Below the pieces are notes generated by a model. It saw only the letters and a program-made list of their open reading frames with translations, made no database searches and was not told where the DNA came from. Of a DNA stretch of 64,000 nucleotides, positions 59,628 through 64,000 are shown piece by piece. The stretch lies in IMG/VR virus record IMGVR_UViG_3300028591_000085, positions 1 to 64,000 of that record; one strand, given 5' to 3'. Made by a program: the position numbers and the translations under genes. Numbering within the stretch: position 1 is the stretch's first letter; each line of letters starts with the position of its first letter. This DNA is from a virus. Its lineage: Duplodnaviria > Caudoviricetes.

Positions 59628-60827
59628 ATGGTAAAATTAGTATTTGGTGATAATGGTAGTGAAAGACCCCGTGAAGATGAAGAACTCCAAGGAGAGAAAC
59701 TTCAAGTCACACTGGAGAATATGCCTAAGATTAAAGCAGTGCATATCTCTGAGACACAGCGAGAGGCTTATTTAAAAGCTTACGATTGTGTGGTAACGCA
59801 TGATTTCGGGGATGAGTATCATTTGACCGAAGAAGAAAGGAAGAAGAAGAATCAGTATTATGAGGTCTTCAAACCGATAAGAAAAATGCGTCATACTATT
59901 AGAAAGATAGACGAATATGTTATAGCTATGCGTCAGATTCTACATTGTATTGATGTAATTGCTGAAAATAATGGTTTGTATGATCCTCAAGAATTTAAGA
60001 AAATGGTGATGAAAGGTGAAGTAAAAATATTTGGTTTATCGTTTCCTAAGTATAAAGGAAAGAATCGAAAGACGTTATCCGCAGAATATTTGACAGAGTT
60101 TATTTTGTCAGATAAAGATCCTAAAGAGCTGATGATGAGCTCGAACAATGTAACGACGATTGCTAGTAAAGAGCATATTAGAAATACTTTGTTCACACCT
60201 GAAGAATTGAAGGATCTCACTGATACGATTAGAAGTGATCGTGAGGAGTATGTTAATCCTGAAGAATGCTGGGTTGTCGAAGGATTATCTAAGAAAAAGA
60301 ATGCGGCATTAGTTCGTAATTCTCCTGAAATAGTATCGGCAGCTAAAGCGATAAAGCGTCAGTCATCTGAGAAATCTAATATGGATAGATTAATCTATGA
60401 TATGTCAGTAACTGATATCAGCAAGATTCAGCAGTATGACATGGCGAGAGGTTATCGTAGAGGAAATTCTGATAAAATTCCGAAGTATAAAGGAGGAAGT
60501 GTTGATAAATATATTGCGGAGTTAGATGATTATGAGCGTACACAAATTAAGTTCAATTATCATGGAAAGATGTTATCGATTGAAGAAATCGAAGAAATAG
60601 AACTTAAGGATATGCTTAGCGATAGCGGTTGGAATATAATGGCATTTGCGACCAATCGTGACGAGACTAAGAAATTAAAGAAGATACGAAAGGCTGATGA
60701 AAAGCGTTGTAGAAAACTTAAAGCGAAACTTGATAGTACAACTAAAAGGCTTGAGCGTACTACTGGAGCATTAGCTATTCGTAAGAAAAAGAAAAAGAAA
60801 AATAAGAAGAAAGGGGGTGATGATTGA
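59628..60827 (+). CDS. Hypothetical protein
   Basis: 399 aa, RBS GAAAGGAG, Lys-rich tail. Confidence 0.85.
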   Translation: MVKLVFGDNGSERPREDEELQGEKLQVTLENMPKIKAVHISETQREAYLKAYDCVVTHDFGDEYHLTEEERKKKNQYYEVFKPIRKMRHTIRKIDEYVIAMRQILHCIDVIAENNGLYDPQEFKKMVMKGEVKIFGLSFPKYKGKNRKTLSAEYLTEFILSDKDPKELMMSSNNVTTIASKEHIRNTLFTPEELKDLTDTIRSDREEYVNPEECWVVEGLSKKKNAALVRNSPEIVSAAKAIKRQSSEKSNMDRLIYDMSVTDISKIQQYDMARGYRRGNSDKIPKYKGGSVDKYIAELDDYERTQIKFNYHGKMLSIEEIEEIELKDMLSDSGWNIMAFATNRDETKKLKKIRKADEKRCRKLKAKLDSTTKRLERTTGALAIRKKKKKKNKKKGGDD

Positions 60828-60999
60828 AAAAGATAAATTTAAAAAATCGGTTAAACAGTATAAGAAAGATATAAAAGAGAAAACTGATATTATCTTACTG
60901 CATACTGTTGGAAAATCAGATATGGAGTTTCGTGATTATAAAGAAGAATCTTTAGATTGGTCATGGGACTCGATTACAGGGAGCGATAATGATGAGTAA
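60817..60999 (+). CDS. Small hypothetical protein
   Basis: Overlaps both neighbours, RBS AAGGGGGTG. Confidence 0.65.
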   Translation: MMIEKDKFKKSVKQYKKDIKEKTDIILLHTVGKSDMEFRDYKEESLDWSWDSITGSDNDE

Positions 61000-61882
61000 A
61001 AAGATTCAAAGAAGTATGATACTTCAGTATTTTAATGATGATTTATATATTAAAATAATTGAAGTAACAAGAACATTTGAGTGGGATAATAATCAAAGGG
61101 CAACTCAGATAAAGAAGCTATTGACTGAGTTTAATGTTCCGTATACTCCACTCGGTTCTGGGACGAATCGAATGGCTGTTTTAATAGATGGATATGCTGT
61201 TAAAATAGCACTGGATTCGGATGGTATGATTGATAATCGTCGAGAGTTTTTGTATACGACAATACTTCAACCGTATGTTGTAAAGGTATATGAATGTATG
61301 CCTGGTGGTTTAGTTGAAGTGTGTGAATATGTATCGTTGTTTACTCTCGATGATTTTCATACACGTCAGGATGATATGAGAGAAATACTTGGGTATATCT
61401 CGAATCAGTTTCTCCTTGGAGATGTTGGCGTAACCTCTAAGAATTATACTAACTGGGGAATTAGATCAAATAATGAAATATGCATACTTGATTTTGCGTA
61501 TATTTATGATATAACGTATAAGTTATTTGTATGCTCGTGTGACAATTCTACATTAGTACGATATGATAAAGATTTTGTTAAACTAAAATGCCCGAATTGT
61601 GGTAGGGTATATACGTTTGGCGAAATTAGAAAGAAGGTAACGCGAGCGGCACAAGAAAAAGAGATTGGAGATATTAGAACGAAAGGATATAATTTAACAA
61701 GTTCAGTTCAGGAAGTTGAAATAAATCCCGAGTTTGAAATATCTCATGACACTAAGACGAAAAAGAAAGATAAAGAAAAGTTAGAAAAGAAAGCTGAGAA
61801 AGACAATTTTAACGAACGATTTGAAGAATTAAACGGTATATCGTATAAAGAATACCGTAAGATTATGAAAGGTAAAATGTAA
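60989..61882 (+). CDS. Ser/Thr protein kinase-like protein with Zn ribbon
   Basis: LGSGTNR (Gly loop), AVKIA, NRRE, GDV...NWG, ILDFAY; CSC...CPNC. Confidence 0.75.
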   Translation: MMSKKIQRSMILQYFNDDLYIKIIEVTRTFEWDNNQRATQIKKLLTEFNVPYTPLGSGTNRMAVLIDGYAVKIALDSDGMIDNRREFLYTTILQPYVVKVYECMPGGLVEVCEYVSLFTLDDFHTRQDDMREILGYISNQFLLGDVGVTSKNYTNWGIRSNNEICILDFAYIYDITYKLFVCSCDNSTLVRYDKDFVKLKCPNCGRVYTFGEIRKKVTRAAQEKEIGDIRTKGYNLTSSVQEVEINPEFEISHDTKTKKKDKEKLEKKAEKDNFNERFEELNGISYKEYRKIMKGKM

Positions 61883-61890
61883 ATAATTTA

Positions 61891-61929
61891 GGGTGTGATT
61901 AATTTAGAAAAATATTAATCACACCTTTT
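61891..61929 (+). terminator. Terminator
   Basis: ggtgtgattaat / attaatcacacc followed by a T-run. Confidence 0.75.
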
Positions 61930-61933
61930 ATTA

Positions 61934-61943
61934 TATATCATTT
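61934..61943 (+). promoter_or_regulatory. Early-type promoter TATATCATTT
   Basis: One mismatch; followed by ATGTG like the 42581 site. Confidence 0.55.
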
Positions 61944-61983
61944 ATGTGTCCCATATAAAAAATTTTATAGGAGGTATATTAAA

Positions 61984-63456
61984 ATGGGAAAGAATAAGAA
62001 ATGCAAGGATAAGGTTACCTGGGCTGCTGACTCTGAGTCTACGTTTTTCGATAATATCGCTCGGTTGGAAAAGGCTAAAGAGCGTAAGAAAAATGATAAA
62101 AATGATAAGGACAAGGATAAAGACAAGTTCGAGGGTAAGAAGAATTTTAACAAGAATAAGAAGGATAAGCGTATTCGTCGTGATGATGATGATTTACCTT
62201 CTTATCTGATTATTAATCAGCGGAAGCAGGAAGCTAAAGAGAGAGCCATGAGAGCTATGGCAAATCTGAACGGTTCTAATGATGAAAACCCTGCTGATAA
62301 TTTAACCGAGACGAGTACGTCTGATAAATCTGTTAATCATGTAATGACTGCTAAGACAGTAGAAAATCGTATGACTAACAGGCCGTCTCATTATAATACA
62401 CGTGTACAGAAGAATGATAAGAATCTGTTGTTATCACCCAGAGTAGTGTTTATACCTGGAATGAATAGAGTTATAATTAACGACTCTATTAGTCCTCATT
62501 CTATAGATATGAATGATTTGGAAGATTATAAGATAACGATAGATACTACTAAGTTAACATCTGATGAATTTCATGACTATCGATATACTTTATTCAGGTA
62601 TATAATAGCGTCGACTCATCCGACTCTGGTGATAGGTAGAGATGATTTCCTGAAGAAGTTTAGGAAGTATCAGGATATAAATCCTAATAGATTCTTAATA
62701 TTGGAGTCTGATGATAGTGATTATTTTGCTATATGGTATATTCCTACCATAGTAGAAGATAATATAATGGACACGATTCCTAATTATTATAAAATGGGGA
62801 TTGGACAGTTATTAAGATTCCTTGCGGTATTAGCTGTTGAGGGGAATAAGATATCTAATGTATTCAAGATGTCTTCTGATGCTAAGTCTAAAGAATATGT
62901 TGCTGCATGGGTTAATTATCTGGATACCAGATTTAGTATTGATAATATAACAAGACAGTTACTCGATATGATTGATAATGATCCCGAAACAGTTATCTAC
63001 GATGAAAACACCAATACGCCAACTGATGTTGCTAAATTATTGGCGTTTACTAATCTGGAAATGAAGTCGGACGCACATGATTTAGCAACTAGCATTTGCT
63101 ACTTCCAGGAAATGGATTTGTACGAAGATGACGATGATAATACTATACCGGTATTTATACCAAATAGTATTGGTGAGTATCAGTTAGAGAATGATGACGA
63201 AGAAGAGGAAGAAGAAGACACGGAAGATGATGCAGAAGAGTATGAAGATGAATCAGATGACGATGATGACTCAGAAGAGGAAGAGGAAGACACCGAAGGT
63301 GATGAATCAGACAACGATGAAGGGGAAGAAGAAGACGAATCTGATTCAGAAGAAATCGTTGATATAACTGATGATATGGAATTGAATATTGCTACTTCTT
63401 CATCAGATGATGACGATGAACTTCCTACCGATTTTCCTGTCAGGTCTAAATCGTAA
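61984..63456 (+). CDS. Protein with basic N-terminus and very acidic C-terminal tail
   Basis: RBS AGGAGG; ~80-aa D/E tract. Confidence 0.85.
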   Translation: MGKNKKCKDKVTWAADSESTFFDNIARLEKAKERKKNDKNDKDKDKDKFEGKKNFNKNKKDKRIRRDDDDLPSYLIINQRKQEAKERAMRAMANLNGSNDENPADNLTETSTSDKSVNHVMTAKTVENRMTNRPSHYNTRVQKNDKNLLLSPRVVFIPGMNRVIINDSISPHSIDMNDLEDYKITIDTTKLTSDEFHDYRYTLFRYIIASTHPTLVIGRDDFLKKFRKYQDINPNRFLILESDDSDYFAIWYIPTIVEDNIMDTIPNYYKMGIGQLLRFLAVLAVEGNKISNVFKMSSDAKSKEYVAAWVNYLDTRFSIDNITRQLLDMIDNDPETVIYDENTNTPTDVAKLLAFTNLEMKSDAHDLATSICYFQEMDLYEDDDDNTIPVFIPNSIGEYQLENDDEEEEEEDTEDDAEEYEDESDDDDDSEEEEEDTEGDESDNDEGEEEDESDSEEIVDITDDMELNIATSSSDDDDELPTDFPVRSKS

Positions 63457-63468
63457 AGGATGATCATA

Positions 63469-64000
63469 ATGATATTCATTATGAATTCGAAAATGCTTCA
63501 AGATCTTTATCTCGTTCATGAACGAGATAAAGATATCTTGAACACACAATACATTATAGTTTCGTCCAGGATTAGAAAAAGAGAGAGTGTAAAAAATATT
63601 CTGTATGCATATAACTCTTTATATCCACCGTCTGAAGTTATGATAAAAAATACTGAAGAGGATAAAAAAGAAGCCTACATGGATTTTCTGACAAAAAATA
63701 ATATAGGTTTACTAAGTTCCTTAGTATTATTATCTCTTGAAAAGAATTTTACAATAGTTTTTATTTGTACACAGAATGAATGGAAACTCAGACATCTGCA
63801 ATATATTGCAGAATTTATTGAGGATAAATTTAAATATCCCGTGTATAATTATAAAGAATATTATAAAAACTTTATAAAGAAAGATAATGAACCTATTAAG
63901 GTTAATGAAGTAAAATGCCGAAGAAAAATTAAAGCTTGGGAAAAGTATTTTAAGAATAACCAGACAGCAGAAAACATGAAGACTGAAAAAGGACGGAAAC
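63469..64000 (+). CDS. Partial hypothetical protein, possibly DUF488-like; runs off the window
   Basis: MIFIMNSKMLQDLYL...LYPPSEV...AYMDFL...IVFICTQNEWKLRHLQYIAEFI; RBS AAAGGA. Confidence 0.7.
   Translation, partial: MIFIMNSKMLQDLYLVHERDKDILNTQYIIVSSRIRKRESVKNILYAYNSLYPPSEVMIKNTEEDKKEAYMDFLTKNNIGLLSSLVLLSLEKNFTIVFICTQNEWKLRHLQYIAEFIEDKFKYPVYNYKEYYKNFIKKDNEPIKVNEVKCRRKIKAWEKYFKNNQTAENMKTEKGRK

Noticed and set aside
63180-63479. Ser-rich 99-aa minus ORF
   Set aside because: Antisense reading of GAA/GAT acidic codons
1-64000. Stop-codon reassignment
   Set aside because: Genes are full-length and densely packed under code 11

Overview
AT-rich (~28-30% GC by eye), densely coding segment of a jumbo myophage of the multisubunit-RNAP type (AR9/PBS1/phiKZ-related in the broad sense). 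The host is most likely a Firmicute (Clostridia, possibly Ruminococcus-like), judged from the strong SD sites, the thyA type and the GH25 lysin. The window holds putative head/inner-body proteins, thyA-folA, a GH25 endolysin, tube-fold and baseplate wedge proteins, two tail fibre/spike genes (one with an S74 chaperone) and RusA. It also holds a 4765-aa tape-measure-like protein with six hydrolase domains, an RNAP beta-like subunit, a NUDIX/transglutaminase/ART-like polyprotein, a tandem paralog array, an HNH-like protein and a kinase. Two promoter classes are visible: RACA-N6-TAA before structural genes and TATATTATTT before non-structural genes. The most striking locus is an early island at 42.5-43.95 kb. 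It contains two copies of a covarying structured 5' leader RNA, a GC-rich NLTPH (Crn4-like ring nuclease) gene, an SD-in-loop hairpin with a 3-codon ORF, and a ~300-nt RNA with about eight hairpins and five loop-mediated pairings. All family assignments come from motif recognition by eye; no searches were run.
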